The notes below the pieces were generated by a model. It saw nothing but the letters and a program-made list of their open reading frames with translations, was not told where the DNA came from and did not search any database. The translations under genes were made by a program, and so were the position numbers. A DNA stretch of 64,000 nt from an uncultured Candidatus Saccharibacteria bacterium (GTDB lineage: Bacteria; Patescibacteriota; Minisyncoccia; Portnoybacterales; UBA2143): contig CAZVUG010000005.1 in the NCBI GenBank assembly GCA_964629675.1, positions 5,806 to 69,805 on the forward strand, read 5' to 3'. Shown here piece by piece: positions 43,609-53,251 of this stretch; positions within the stretch are counted from its first letter, which is position 1, and every line of letters starts with the position of its first letter.

Positions 43609-43650
43609 GAGGGCAGATATTTTATCTGCTCTTTAAATGTTCATTAAAAA
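43609..43650 (+). promoter_or_regulatory. Hairpin after rplK overlapping boxA-like sequences
   Basis: GAGGGCAGATA-TTT-TATCTGCTCTT; TGCTCTTTAAAT(43627-38) and GTTCATTAAAAA(43639-50). Confidence 0.45.
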
Positions 43651-43667
43651 TATATAAGGAGGTTATT

Positions 43668-44144
43668 GTGAAAAGATTAAACTGGGATGAATATTTTATG
43701 CAGATAGTTGACGTGGTAGCGCAGCGAAGCACTTGTAACCGAGGAAGAAGCGGAGCGATTACAGTGATTGATAGAAAAATAATGACTACTGGTTATGTCG
43801 GCTCTCCACCAGGGCAGCCTCACTGCGATGATGCTGGCCATTTAATGAGGCGCTTTATAAGCGAAAATGGTAATGAATCAATGCACTGCATTAGAACAAT
43901 TCATGCAGAAGAAAATACTATCTTGCAAGCGGCTGAATTTGGCATAGCTCTCAAAGGAGCGACTCTTTATTGTACAATGGTCCCTTGTTTTAATTGCGCT
44001 AAATCAATTACGAGAGTTGGTATTGTTAGGGTAATGGCCAAGAGAAGGTATCATGATGATAAATTAACTTTAGAGTTATTTAGAGATGCAAAAATTCAGT
44101 TAGATGTTTTGGAAGACGTTGTTGAAGAATATGACAATCAATAA
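43668..44144 (+). CDS. dCMP deaminase (ComEB family)
   Basis: WDEYFM, RSTC, HAEEN, PCFNC; GTG start with AGGAGG SD. Confidence 0.9.
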   Translation: MKRLNWDEYFMQIVDVVAQRSTCNRGRSGAITVIDRKIMTTGYVGSPPGQPHCDDAGHLMRRFISENGNESMHCIRTIHAEENTILQAAEFGIALKGATLYCTMVPCFNCAKSITRVGIVRVMAKRRYHDDKLTLELFRDAKIQLDVLEDVVEEYDNQ

Positions 44145-44156
44145 AAGGAGGTCGAA

Positions 44157-45230
44157 ATGGCAAAGATGTTATTTAAAGAAGGAAAAGTTAGAATATTGTC
44201 AGATGATTTAAGTAAATTAAATAAAAATCAGGCAAATCAATTAATCAAAACTGCTGGGACAACTTGCTATCAGACAAGAGAAACCAGCAAAAAAAGCCCG
44301 GAAGATTTTATTAAAATGATTCAGGTAAGCGGTCATTATGCAATGTTAGAGCATAGCTGGTGGACAATAGAAATGCAGTTTCTGAGTTTTTCTCTAATGT
44401 TGATAAATGAAAGAAAGAAAATAGCTGGTTATAATCTATATCAAGCTAATAATCTATTTTGCATTAGCGAAAGAGAAGAATCTTTGCTAATTTCTGGTAA
44501 TGCCCGCATGCTAAATGAAGCTTTTGCAAAAGAACCAAATGATATTTTCGTGGCTAGCTTATTCAGTTTAATGTCTAAAATAAATCCTGTCTTATTTCCA
44601 GAAAAAATAGATTTCTATATTGATAAGACGTTTACCTTAATCTTTAATCCAAAATTATTATCTACAAAAGAAACCTTAATTCATCGAGCAATGACAGTAG
44701 AGTTTAGTGATAATTCCCGGGGAATGACCCACGAGACAGTCCGCAGCCGGAACGGTGATAAAAAAATAACTTCTTATGCTCAAGAAAGCACTCGCTATGT
44801 AGATTATGCCAAAGGAGAGGTAGATTTAGAAAAATTCCAAATTAGATTTATCTTGCCTTATAATGATCAATTCAATTTTGAAAATAATTTTGTTTTTTCA
44901 GCAAACGGGAAAATATATTCTTTTACGCCGCAGGAATTTACTAATTTGCTGGAAGCCTGGTATAGGACATTGAGAAAAAATGGCCTGAAGCCAGAAGAAG
45001 CTCGGCAATGGTTGCCAATCGGCATTAAAAGCCAAATTGTCCAGACGTATAATCTTAATGAATGGCGGCATTGGTTCTTTATTCGGACTAGCTCGAGAGC
45101 TCATCCAGAAATTAGGTTTTTGGCTGTTAAGCTATTACAGGAGATGCAAAAACGTATTCCGGAATGTTTTAACGATTTTGAAATTAAAGAAGGATACGCT
45201 GTTTATCAAGACGTTGATATCCTAGTTTAA
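44157..45230 (+). CDS. thyX: Flavin-dependent thymidylate synthase, divergent
   Basis: GHYAMLEH, SRGMTHETVRSR...QESTRY, EEARQWLP, NLNEWRHWFFIR, AHPEIR. Confidence 0.82.
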   Translation: MAKMLFKEGKVRILSDDLSKLNKNQANQLIKTAGTTCYQTRETSKKSPEDFIKMIQVSGHYAMLEHSWWTIEMQFLSFSLMLINERKKIAGYNLYQANNLFCISEREESLLISGNARMLNEAFAKEPNDIFVASLFSLMSKINPVLFPEKIDFYIDKTFTLIFNPKLLSTKETLIHRAMTVEFSDNSRGMTHETVRSRNGDKKITSYAQESTRYVDYAKGEVDLEKFQIRFILPYNDQFNFENNFVFSANGKIYSFTPQEFTNLLEAWYRTLRKNGLKPEEARQWLPIGIKSQIVQTYNLNEWRHWFFIRTSSRAHPEIRFLAVKLLQEMQKRIPECFNDFEIKEGYAVYQDVDILV

Positions 45231-45269
45231 AATAACTCTATTGGGATTAATTCCCAATAGAGTTTTATT
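45231..45269 (+). terminator. Intrinsic terminator after thyX
   Basis: AACTCTATTGGGA-TTAAT-TCCCAATAGAGTT-TT. Confidence 0.75.
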
Positions 45270-45310
45270 ATCTTCATAATAAAGATATAATTAATAAAGG
45301 AGGTAAACAA

Positions 45311-45922
45311 ATGATTAAAAATCATTATTTAGGGAAATTTATTGTTTTTGAAGGACTGGATGGTTCAGGGCAAAGTACGCAGGCAAATAATCTCCGCGTT
45401 TTTTTTAGAAATAGAGGATATCCAGTAATTTTAACTAAAGAGCCGACGGAAAATAGCTTGGCCGGAAAAAAGGTAAGAAGGATTTTAAAAAAAGAAATAA
45501 AAGCTGAGCCGATTGAGCTGCAAAAATTATTTATTGAAGATAGAAAAGATCATTTGCAGAATTTAATCATACCGGCCTTAAAAGAAGGAAAATATGTTAT
45601 TGCTGACCGTTATTTCTTATCAACTTGCGCTTTTGGCGGAATAAATGTTGATATGGAAAAATTAATTAAGCTGAACAAGGGAATTATTTTGCCGGATATT
45701 ACTTTTTTCCTGAATGTTTCTCCAAAGATTTGCATAGAAAGAATTAAGAAAAGGGGCGAAAAATTTGAATTTTTTGAAAAAGAAGAAAAACTTAAGCAAG
45801 TTAGAGAAAAATATTTATCTTTAAGGCAAAGATTTGAAAATATCTATTTAATTGATGGAGAGTTATCAAGAAGGGAAGTTTTTAAGCAAATTTTAGAAAT
45901 TATTAAGAAAGAAAAAATATAA
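45311..45922 (+). CDS. tmk: Thymidylate kinase
   Basis: FEGLDGSGQSTQ, KEPT, DRY, PDITF. Confidence 0.93.
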   Translation: MIKNHYLGKFIVFEGLDGSGQSTQANNLRVFFRNRGYPVILTKEPTENSLAGKKVRRILKKEIKAEPIELQKLFIEDRKDHLQNLIIPALKEGKYVIADRYFLSTCAFGGINVDMEKLIKLNKGIILPDITFFLNVSPKICIERIKKRGEKFEFFEKEEKLKQVREKYLSLRQRFENIYLIDGELSRREVFKQILEIIKKEKI

Positions 45923-45927
45923 AAAGT

Positions 45928-45961
45928 CCTGCTGGATCTTCCCGGCAGGCCTTTATTTTTT
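45928..45961 (+). terminator. Terminator after tmk
   Basis: CCTGCTGG-ATCTTC-CCGGCAGG followed by a T-rich tail. Confidence 0.6.
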
Positions 45962-45995
45962 CCCGCTAATGAGTTAGCATTAATAATATAAATCT

Positions 45996-47222
45996 ATGCT
46001 CAAGAAAACAGATGCTAGGATTTTTAATTTAATCAAACAGGAATTTGCCCGCCATCAGGAAGGGCTTAATTTGATTGCTTCAGATAATTATTCTAGCCAA
46101 GCGGTTAGGGAAGCGGTCGGCAGCATCTTGAGTGCCCGCTATGCTGAAGGATATCCAGAAAAAAGATATTATTCTGGACAACGTTATATTAATCAAATTG
46201 AAAAGATAGCTATTGAAAGAGCTAAGAAATTATTTAAAGCGAATTACGCTAATGTCCAGCCTCATTCTGGATCTAATGCTAATCAGGCAGCTTATTTTGC
46301 CCTACTTCAGCCAGGAGATAAAGTTTTGGCCATGAGGATTGATCAAGGAGGCCATTTATCACATGGCTCATCGGTTAACCTGTCAGGCAGGTTATATAAT
46401 TTTGTTTTTTACGGAATAGATGAAAATGGTTTGATTGATTTTGCTGAATTAAGGAAAATAGCCCTTCGGGAAAAGCCGAAGTTAATTATTGCCGGCGCTT
46501 CCAGCTATCCTCGGCGAATTGATTTCTCTAAATTCTCGCCAATTGCCAAAGAAATTAATGCTTATCTAATGGCAGATATTGCCCATACAGCCGGCTTGGT
46601 AGCTGCCGGCCTTCATCCGCATCCTTTCCCTTATTGCGATCTAGTGACAATGACTACGCATAAAACATTAAGAGGAGCTAGAGGCGGATTAATTCTTACT
46701 AATAATAAAGAAATAGCAGATAAAATAGACAAGGCGGTTTTTCCTGGCCTCCAGGGAGGCCCTCTTCAAAATGAAATTGCCGGTAAGGCTGTTGCTCTAA
46801 AGCAAGCTAGCCAAAAAAGTTTTATTAATTACCAAAAGCAAGTTTTACAGAATGCCAAAGTTTTATCTAAAATACTTTTGCAAGAAGGCCTTGATTTGGT
46901 CAGTGATGGCACAGATAACCATCTGCTTCTTATAAATTTAAATAATTATCAATTCTCCGGCAAAAAAGTTCAAGAAGCTTTAGAGTCGGTTAATATATAT
47001 GTTAACCGCAATATAGTCCCCAATGATAAGCGCTCTCAGTGGGAAACTTCTGGGATTAGGATCGGCACGCCGGCAGTTACAGCTAAAGGATTAAAGGAAA
47101 AAGAAATGAAGCAAATAGGCTATTTCATTGTGCAGATTATTAATAATATTGATAATAGAAAAATTAAAGCAAGAATCAAAAAAGAAGTTATTAATTTAGC
47201 CAAAAAATTTCCTTTACAATGA
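45996..47222 (+). CDS. glyA: Serine hydroxymethyltransferase
   Basis: LIASDN, YAEGYP, NVQPHSG, GGHLSHG, TTHKTLRG. Confidence 0.97.
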   Translation: MLKKTDARIFNLIKQEFARHQEGLNLIASDNYSSQAVREAVGSILSARYAEGYPEKRYYSGQRYINQIEKIAIERAKKLFKANYANVQPHSGSNANQAAYFALLQPGDKVLAMRIDQGGHLSHGSSVNLSGRLYNFVFYGIDENGLIDFAELRKIALREKPKLIIAGASSYPRRIDFSKFSPIAKEINAYLMADIAHTAGLVAAGLHPHPFPYCDLVTMTTHKTLRGARGGLILTNNKEIADKIDKAVFPGLQGGPLQNEIAGKAVALKQASQKSFINYQKQVLQNAKVLSKILLQEGLDLVSDGTDNHLLLINLNNYQFSGKKVQEALESVNIYVNRNIVPNDKRSQWETSGIRIGTPAVTAKGLKEKEMKQIGYFIVQIINNIDNRKIKARIKKEVINLAKKFPLQ

Positions 47223-48028
47223 GAATTATTAATGGTCAAAAAAGAGCAATTGAGATTTTAGATAATCTTAGAAAAGAAATAAAAGAAAAAAAGATTAAGC
47301 CTAGCTTAGCAATTATCCTGGCGAATAATGATCCAGCTTCCCGCCTGTACGTTAGAATCAAAGAAAAGACAGCAAAAAAAATTGGTGTTGATTTTAAAAA
47401 ATATCTTTTTTCTGATAAAATTTCCGAAGAAGAGATTTTAGAAAAAATTGATATTCTTAATCAAGATAATAAAATAAACGGCATTTTAGTCCAGATGCCT
47501 TTATCTAAAGAAATGTCTGCCGATAGAATTATCCAGAGAATCTTACCAGCAAAAGATGTTGACGGTTTTTTGCCGCAAAGTAAATTTAATTCTCCCTTTA
47601 TTCTGGCTATCTGGGAAGCCCTCAAGTTAACTCGGGAAAAACTGAAAGACAAGAAAATTCTAGCTTTAGTTAATTCAGATATTTTTGGAAAAAATCTTTG
47701 TTTTTTTCTTAAGAAAAAAGATTTAAAGATAAATTATCTTAAGCCAGCTGATTTTACAAAAGAAGTTTCTCAGTTTAAAAAAACTGACGTTCTGATAACT
47801 GCTTTAGGAAAACCGAATTTTATTAATTCAGCAATGATTAAAAAGGGATCTATTTTAATAGATGGAGGAATAAGCAAAAAAGGAAATAATATTTTAGGAG
47901 ATATAGACAGAAATAGCGTTCAAAAAAAAGCAGCCTGGCTTTCTCCTTCTCCTGGCGGAGTCGGGCCGCTAACGGTTGCTTTTCTGTTTAAAAATTTAAT
48001 TTTAGCCAAAAATAATAAAAGCTTATGA
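47219..48028 (+). CDS. folD: Methylenetetrahydrofolate dehydrogenase/cyclohydrolase (divergent)
   Basis: YVRIK, GILVQMPL, KDVDG, PGGVGPLT. Confidence 0.85.
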   Translation: MRIINGQKRAIEILDNLRKEIKEKKIKPSLAIILANNDPASRLYVRIKEKTAKKIGVDFKKYLFSDKISEEEILEKIDILNQDNKINGILVQMPLSKEMSADRIIQRILPAKDVDGFLPQSKFNSPFILAIWEALKLTREKLKDKKILALVNSDIFGKNLCFFLKKKDLKINYLKPADFTKEVSQFKKTDVLITALGKPNFINSAMIKKGSILIDGGISKKGNNILGDIDRNSVQKKAAWLSPSPGGVGPLTVAFLFKNLILAKNNKSL

Positions 48029-49488
48029 AATATCAGCCAGTTATTGGATTAGAAATACATGCCGAATTAAAAACACAGTCAAAAATGTTTTGCGACTGTT
48101 TAAATGACCCTGATGAAACTCGGCCTAATATAAATATTTGCCCAGTTTGCCTGGCTCAACCAGGCACCTTGCCGGTCATTAATCAAAAGGCGGTAGAGTT
48201 TGTTATTAAAACAGCGCTTGCTTTAAATTGCCAAATTAACCAATCTTCAAAATTTGACAGAAAAAACTATTTTTATCCAGATTTGCCTAAAAATTACCAA
48301 ATTTCCCAGCTTTATTATCCGCTTTCACTTAACGGCTTTTTGGAAATTGCCGGAAAGAAAATTAAAGTTAAAGAAATTCATTTAGAAGAAGATACTGGCC
48401 GGTTAATTCATCCAACAGGAGCTAATTATTCACTAGTAGACTTTAATCGAGCTGGCATACCTTTAATGGAATTAGTCACTGAGCCGGATATTACTTCAGG
48501 AAAAGAAGCGAGAGCTTTTGGCGAAGAGTTGCAGATTATTCTCCGCTATTTGGGAGTTTCTGAAGCAAATATGGAAAAAGGGCAGATGCGTTGCGAAGTT
48601 AATATATCTTTAAAATTAAAGAATGCTCGGGAAAATGGGACAAAAGTAGAAATTAAAAATTTGAATTCTTTTCGTACTGTCGAAAGAGCCGTTGATTATG
48701 AAATTAAAAGACAGGCAAATTTGCTGGATGCTAAAGAAGAAGTCATTCAAGAAACTAGAGGATGGGATGAAGCAAAGCAAAAGACTTTTTCTCAAAGAAT
48801 AAAAGAAGAAGCTAAAGACTATCGGTATTTTCCGGAGCCGGATTTGCCTCCATTAAGCCATTTAGATATTGTTAGCTCTCGACTAAAGAATGAATTACCA
48901 GAATTGCCGAATGCCAAAAGGAAAAGATTTGCCGAAGAATACGAACTTTCGCCGGAAGTTGTTAATATTATTATTGCTAATAAAAAATTAGCTGATTATT
49001 TTGAAAGTGCTGTTTCTGAATTGGATACTTGGCTGAAAATAAAGTCTATCCGCGATAAAAAGCCGCTAGTTAAGTTAACTGCTAATTATCTGCTTACTCA
49101 GCTCCAAAAATTATTGCTTTTGCACAAGACTAAAGTTGAAGACTGCAAAATTAGCGCTGAGAATTTTGCCGAATTCATAACTTTAATTTCCCAAAAAGAA
49201 ATTTCCAGTTCGGCTGCCCAGACTGTTTTAGCAGAAATGTTCAAAACTGGTATAGACCCTTCTCATGTTATTGAAGAAAGAGATTTAAAACAAGTTAGTG
49301 ACCAATCTTCTTTAGAAAAAATGGTCAAAAAAGTCATCCAAGAAAATCCTAAACCAGCCAAAGATTATCAGGAAGGCAAAGAGAATGCTTTGCAATTTTT
49401 AATTGGCAGAGTAATGGCTTTAAGTAAAGGGCAGGCTAATCCAGAAATAGTCAGCAAAATATTCAAAGATAATTTGTTAAAAAAATAA
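48025..49488 (+). CDS. gatB: Asp/Glu-tRNA amidotransferase subunit B
   Basis: IGLEIHAEL, FDRKNYFYPDLPK, YRYFPEPDL. Confidence 0.98.
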   Translation: MKYQPVIGLEIHAELKTQSKMFCDCLNDPDETRPNINICPVCLAQPGTLPVINQKAVEFVIKTALALNCQINQSSKFDRKNYFYPDLPKNYQISQLYYPLSLNGFLEIAGKKIKVKEIHLEEDTGRLIHPTGANYSLVDFNRAGIPLMELVTEPDITSGKEARAFGEELQIILRYLGVSEANMEKGQMRCEVNISLKLKNARENGTKVEIKNLNSFRTVERAVDYEIKRQANLLDAKEEVIQETRGWDEAKQKTFSQRIKEEAKDYRYFPEPDLPPLSHLDIVSSRLKNELPELPNAKRKRFAEEYELSPEVVNIIIANKKLADYFESAVSELDTWLKIKSIRDKKPLVKLTANYLLTQLQKLLLLHKTKVEDCKISAENFAEFITLISQKEISSSAAQTVLAEMFKTGIDPSHVIEERDLKQVSDQSSLEKMVKKVIQENPKPAKDYQEGKENALQFLIGRVMALSKGQANPEIVSKIFKDNLLKK

Positions 49489-49502
49489 GGGTAGTTTAAT
49501 TT

Positions 49503-49530
49503 AAAAATCGCTTGTCTTAAGCGATTTTTT
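49503..49530. terminator. Bidirectional terminator between gatB and miaA
   Basis: AAAAATCGCTT-GTCTT-AAGCGATTTTT. Confidence 0.75.
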
Positions 49531-50473
49531 TATTTAAAAAATTGTGAATAATCTCTTCAGCTTTTTCTTTAATTTCTCTAAGCGTTTTTTGTTCTGATAA
49601 GTCAAGCCAATGGATCCGTCGATCTCTTTTGAACCAAATCATCTGGCGTCTAGAATATTGAAGCGTGTGAATATTAATTAGTTGCTGAGCTTCTGTTAAA
49701 TTAATTTTTCCTTCTAAATACTGAATAATCTCTTTATAGCCAATGCCGCTCAAAGCTGGCAAGTCTAAGCTGTATTCTTGGGCTATTTTTTTTACTTCTT
49801 CGACTAGGCCGCTTTTTATCATTTTTTCTGTTCTTTGCTGAATTCTATTTTTTAATTTTTCTCGGTCTAATTTTAATCCTATCTGCAAGACATTAAAAAG
49901 AGATTTCCCTCTTTTTCTCTGTTCAGAAAATAGCTTGGCAGTAGTTAAGTAAACTTCTAAAGCCCGGATGAGCCGCCTCTTATTCTGAGGAGCAATTAAT
50001 TCAGCGCTTTTTGGGTCTATTTTTTTGAGCTGGTTAAATAATTCAACTGTTTCTAATTTTTCTAATTTTTTTCTAATCTCCTGGTTGGGCTTAGCTTGGG
50101 GAATTTGCAAATTGTCTACGATTGCCTGAATGTATAAGCCAGTTCCGCCGACTAAAAAGGGAATCTTGTTTCTTTTTTGGATATCTTTAATTTTTTCAAT
50201 AGCTAGTTCTTTGTATTGAGCTAAAGTAAATTCTTGGTCTGGATTAATTAAATCAATTAAATAATGAGGAATGCCTTTAATTTGATAGCTATCTTTTCCT
50301 TTAATTTTTTCCCTCCCTTCTATTTTGGCAGTACCTATATCCATCTTTTTGTAAATTTGCCTGGAATCAGCTGAAATTATTTCTCCGTTAAAAAGCTGGG
50401 CTAATTTAATTGCTAAATTAGATTTGCCTGAGCCAGTCGGTCCAAGGATAACAATAAGAATATTTTTGCTCAT
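49517..50473 (-). CDS. miaA: tRNA dimethylallyltransferase
   Basis: GPTGSGKS, SADSRQIY, VGGTGLY, RRQMIWF. Confidence 0.97.
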   Translation of the reverse strand: MSKNILIVILGPTGSGKSNLAIKLAQLFNGEIISADSRQIYKKMDIGTAKIEGREKIKGKDSYQIKGIPHYLIDLINPDQEFTLAQYKELAIEKIKDIQKRNKIPFLVGGTGLYIQAIVDNLQIPQAKPNQEIRKKLEKLETVELFNQLKKIDPKSAELIAPQNKRRLIRALEVYLTTAKLFSEQRKRGKSLFNVLQIGLKLDREKLKNRIQQRTEKMIKSGLVEEVKKIAQEYSLDLPALSGIGYKEIIQYLEGKINLTEAQQLINIHTLQYSRRQMIWFKRDRRIHWLDLSEQKTLREIKEKAEEIIHNFLNKKIA

Positions 50474-51468
50474 TTTATAATCAGCGACATTATTATCTTT
50501 TTCCGTCTTTTTTTCTCATCACTGTGAACATCATCTTTTATTTTAAAAGCAGCTGTTCCGAAGCGGGGAGAGTAAGCAGCTACATATATCTGACTAAAGC
50601 CGATTTCCTTAGCTAATTTAACTGTTTCTTGGAAATTTTTTTTGCTTTCTCCAGGAAAACCGACAATAATATCAGTAGAAATTTTTATTTGCGGAATTTG
50701 CTGGCGAATTTTCTTAATTAAATTTCGGTAATTGCTAACTGTGTAACCGCGGTTCATTCTTTTAAGTATTTGGTTGCTTCCTGATTGGACGGGCAAATGT
50801 ATCTCTTTGGCTATTCTATCGCTTTGGGCGATTAATTTTATTAATTCGTCAGACATATCTTTAGGATGAGAAGTCAGGAATTTAATTTTAAAATTACCTG
50901 GAAGATCAATTATCCTTTTTAGCAATTTAGGAAAATCCATTTTGGCGCCTGCCTGATAGCTATTAACATTTTGTCCAAGCAGGGTTATTTCTTGGTAATT
51001 ATTTTTAGCTAAATCTTTTATTTCAGCAATAATTTCTTTAGCCGACCGGGAATATTCTCGGCCGCGGGTATAAGGAACAACGCAATAAGAGCAAAAATTA
51101 TTGCAGCCAGTCATGATTGGAACAAAAGCCTCTGTCTGCGAACTTCTTTTTGCCTTAATATTTAAAGTTGGCTGCTGCCAAATATCGTTTACTTGTGGAA
51201 AAAGCTGTTTTTTGTCTTTTGCTAAAAGGCAACCGGTTAAAATAATTTTCAGCTTTGGGTTTTTCTTTTTTAATTTAGAAATAGTCTTAACCTGGCTGTA
51301 AACTCGGTTAACGGCTGATTGCCTAATTGAGCAGGCATTAATAATAACTAAATCAGCTTGGTCCATGTTAGGAACAGGCCGATAACCTTCTTCTTCTAAT
51401 TGATAGGCAATCCTTTCACTGTCTGACTTATTCATCTGACATCCATAGGTGATAATGTAGTAATTCAT
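50470..51468 (-). CDS. miaB: MiaB-like radical SAM methylthiotransferase (no TRAM domain)
   Basis: YGCQMN, NACSIR, GCNNFCSYC, HLPVQSG, DIIVGFPGE; adjacent to miaA. Confidence 0.88.
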   Translation of the reverse strand: MNYYIITYGCQMNKSDSERIAYQLEEEGYRPVPNMDQADLVIINACSIRQSAVNRVYSQVKTISKLKKKNPKLKIILTGCLLAKDKKQLFPQVNDIWQQPTLNIKAKRSSQTEAFVPIMTGCNNFCSYCVVPYTRGREYSRSAKEIIAEIKDLAKNNYQEITLLGQNVNSYQAGAKMDFPKLLKRIIDLPGNFKIKFLTSHPKDMSDELIKLIAQSDRIAKEIHLPVQSGSNQILKRMNRGYTVSNYRNLIKKIRQQIPQIKISTDIIVGFPGESKKNFQETVKLAKEIGFSQIYVAAYSPRFGTAAFKIKDDVHSDEKKRRKKIIMSLIIK

Positions 51469-51509
51469 ATTTTGTATTTTATCTTAAAATATTATATAAT
51501 ACAATCAAC

Positions 51510-52262
51510 ATGAAAAATATTTATTTATCAATTATTATTCCAGCTTATAATGAAGAAAAGAGAATTAGCAAAACTCTTTTAGAAATAGACAAATATTTAG
51601 ACCGACAAGACTATCAGTATGAAATTCTTGTTGTTAGCGACGGGTCTAAAGATAAAACTGCTGCAATAGTCAAAAAATTTGCAAATTTAATCAACGGCTT
51701 AAAATTAATAGATAATCAACAAAACCACGGTAAGGGTTGGGTAGTTAGGCAAGGAATGCTAGAAGCAGAAGGCGACTATCGCATTTTTATGGATGCTGAT
51801 AATTCGACCACCGTTGATCATTTTGAAAAAATGATTCCCTTGATTAAAGAAGGGAAAGAGGTAGTTATTGGCTCAAGAGACCACAAGGATGCTGCTGGCG
51901 CTAAACAAGCTGTTCCGCAATCTTTTATCAAAAGGCAATTTGGCAACCTAGGAAATCTTTTAATCCAATTATTAGCTGTTAGAGGAATTTGGGATACTCA
52001 GTGCGGCTTCAAGCTATTCAGCCGCAAAGCAGCCGAAGATATTTTTAGCCGGGCGAAGATTGATGGTTTTGGCTTTGATATTGAGTGCTTGGCCTTAGCG
52101 CGGAAACTTGGCTATCCGATCGGCATTATTCCTGTTTATTGGATTAATAGCGCTGACAGCAAAGTAAGCTGGAAAAGCTATCTCAAAGTATTTAAAGATT
52201 TATTTACTATTAAATTAAATTTAATTAAAAATAGATACGAAATAGAAAAAGATGAAAAATAA
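51510..52262 (+). CDS. GT2 polyprenol-phosphate glycosyltransferase (ALG5-like)
   Basis: IIPAYNE, DGSKD, MDAD, DTQCGFK. Confidence 0.9.
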   Translation: MKNIYLSIIIPAYNEEKRISKTLLEIDKYLDRQDYQYEILVVSDGSKDKTAAIVKKFANLINGLKLIDNQQNHGKGWVVRQGMLEAEGDYRIFMDADNSTTVDHFEKMIPLIKEGKEVVIGSRDHKDAAGAKQAVPQSFIKRQFGNLGNLLIQLLAVRGIWDTQCGFKLFSRKAAEDIFSRAKIDGFGFDIECLALARKLGYPIGIIPVYWINSADSKVSWKSYLKVFKDLFTIKLNLIKNRYEIEKDEK

Positions 52263-53247
52263 ATTTCCTTCAGAAATGCGAATGGACTTAGTCTCTAATG
52301 ACTGGGTTATCATTGCTACCGGACGGAGTCGCCGGCCAGAAAGCTTTGTCTCAGACAAGAAGAAAAGTAAGGTAGCTCCTCAATCAAAATGCCCTTTTTG
52401 CCGCGAGGAAAATATTAAAGAAAAAATTAGCCGGAGAAACAATGAAGATGGATCTTGGTTTGTTATTTCTATCCCGAATAAATTTCCAGCACTTTGCAAA
52501 GGGGAGGGCCGATTAAAAGAAAGCAAGAAAGGGCCTAATCGAACGATGAATGGTTTTGGCTACCACGAAGTTATTATTACGGCTCCTCATGATAGACAGA
52601 TGGCTTTATTCTCCCAGAGAGAAATGGAAATGGTTGTTGATATGTACCAAGAAAGGTATTTAGATTTAATTAAGAGAAAGAACATTAGATATGTTTCTAT
52701 CTTTCATAATCATGGCCGAGAAGCCGGGGCGTCAGTCTATCATCCTCATTCGCAAGTTTTAGCTATCCCAGTGCTTGATCCTGATTTAAAAAATAGCTTA
52801 GATGGAGCAGAGAGATTTTACCGCAGCCAAGGCAATTGCGTTTATTGCACAATGCTGGAATGGGAAATGAAAGATAAAGAAAGAATTATTTATGAAAATG
52901 AAGAATTTGTCGTTCTTTGCCCTTTTGCTTCGCAAATTTCTTTTGAAGTCAGGATATACCCAAAAAAACATCAGCCTTTTTTCGAAAAAATAACAGAACA
53001 GGAAAAGATTTTCTTTGCTGATGCTCTTAAGGTAGCTTTGACAAAAATACATAAGGGATTAAATAATCCTTCATATAATTTTTATTTTCATACAGCTCCT
53101 AAAGACGGCGATAGCTACACCCATTATCATTGGCATTTGAATATTTTGCCAAAAACTTCTATTTGGGCCGGGTTTGAGCTAGGGGCTGGCATTGAGATCT
53201 CTACTATTGAACCGGAAAAAGCAGCTGAATTTCTAAGAAAACAATAA
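52252..53247 (+). CDS. galT: Galactose-1-phosphate uridylyltransferase family
   Basis: CPFC, PNKFP, AGASVYHPHSQ, HWH, AGFELG. Confidence 0.9.
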   Translation: MKNKFPSEMRMDLVSNDWVIIATGRSRRPESFVSDKKKSKVAPQSKCPFCREENIKEKISRRNNEDGSWFVISIPNKFPALCKGEGRLKESKKGPNRTMNGFGYHEVIITAPHDRQMALFSQREMEMVVDMYQERYLDLIKRKNIRYVSIFHNHGREAGASVYHPHSQVLAIPVLDPDLKNSLDGAERFYRSQGNCVYCTMLEWEMKDKERIIYENEEFVVLCPFASQISFEVRIYPKKHQPFFEKITEQEKIFFADALKVALTKIHKGLNNPSYNFYFHTAPKDGDSYTHYHWHLNILPKTSIWAGFELGAGIEISTIEPEKAAEFLRKQ

Positions 53248-53251
53248 GATT

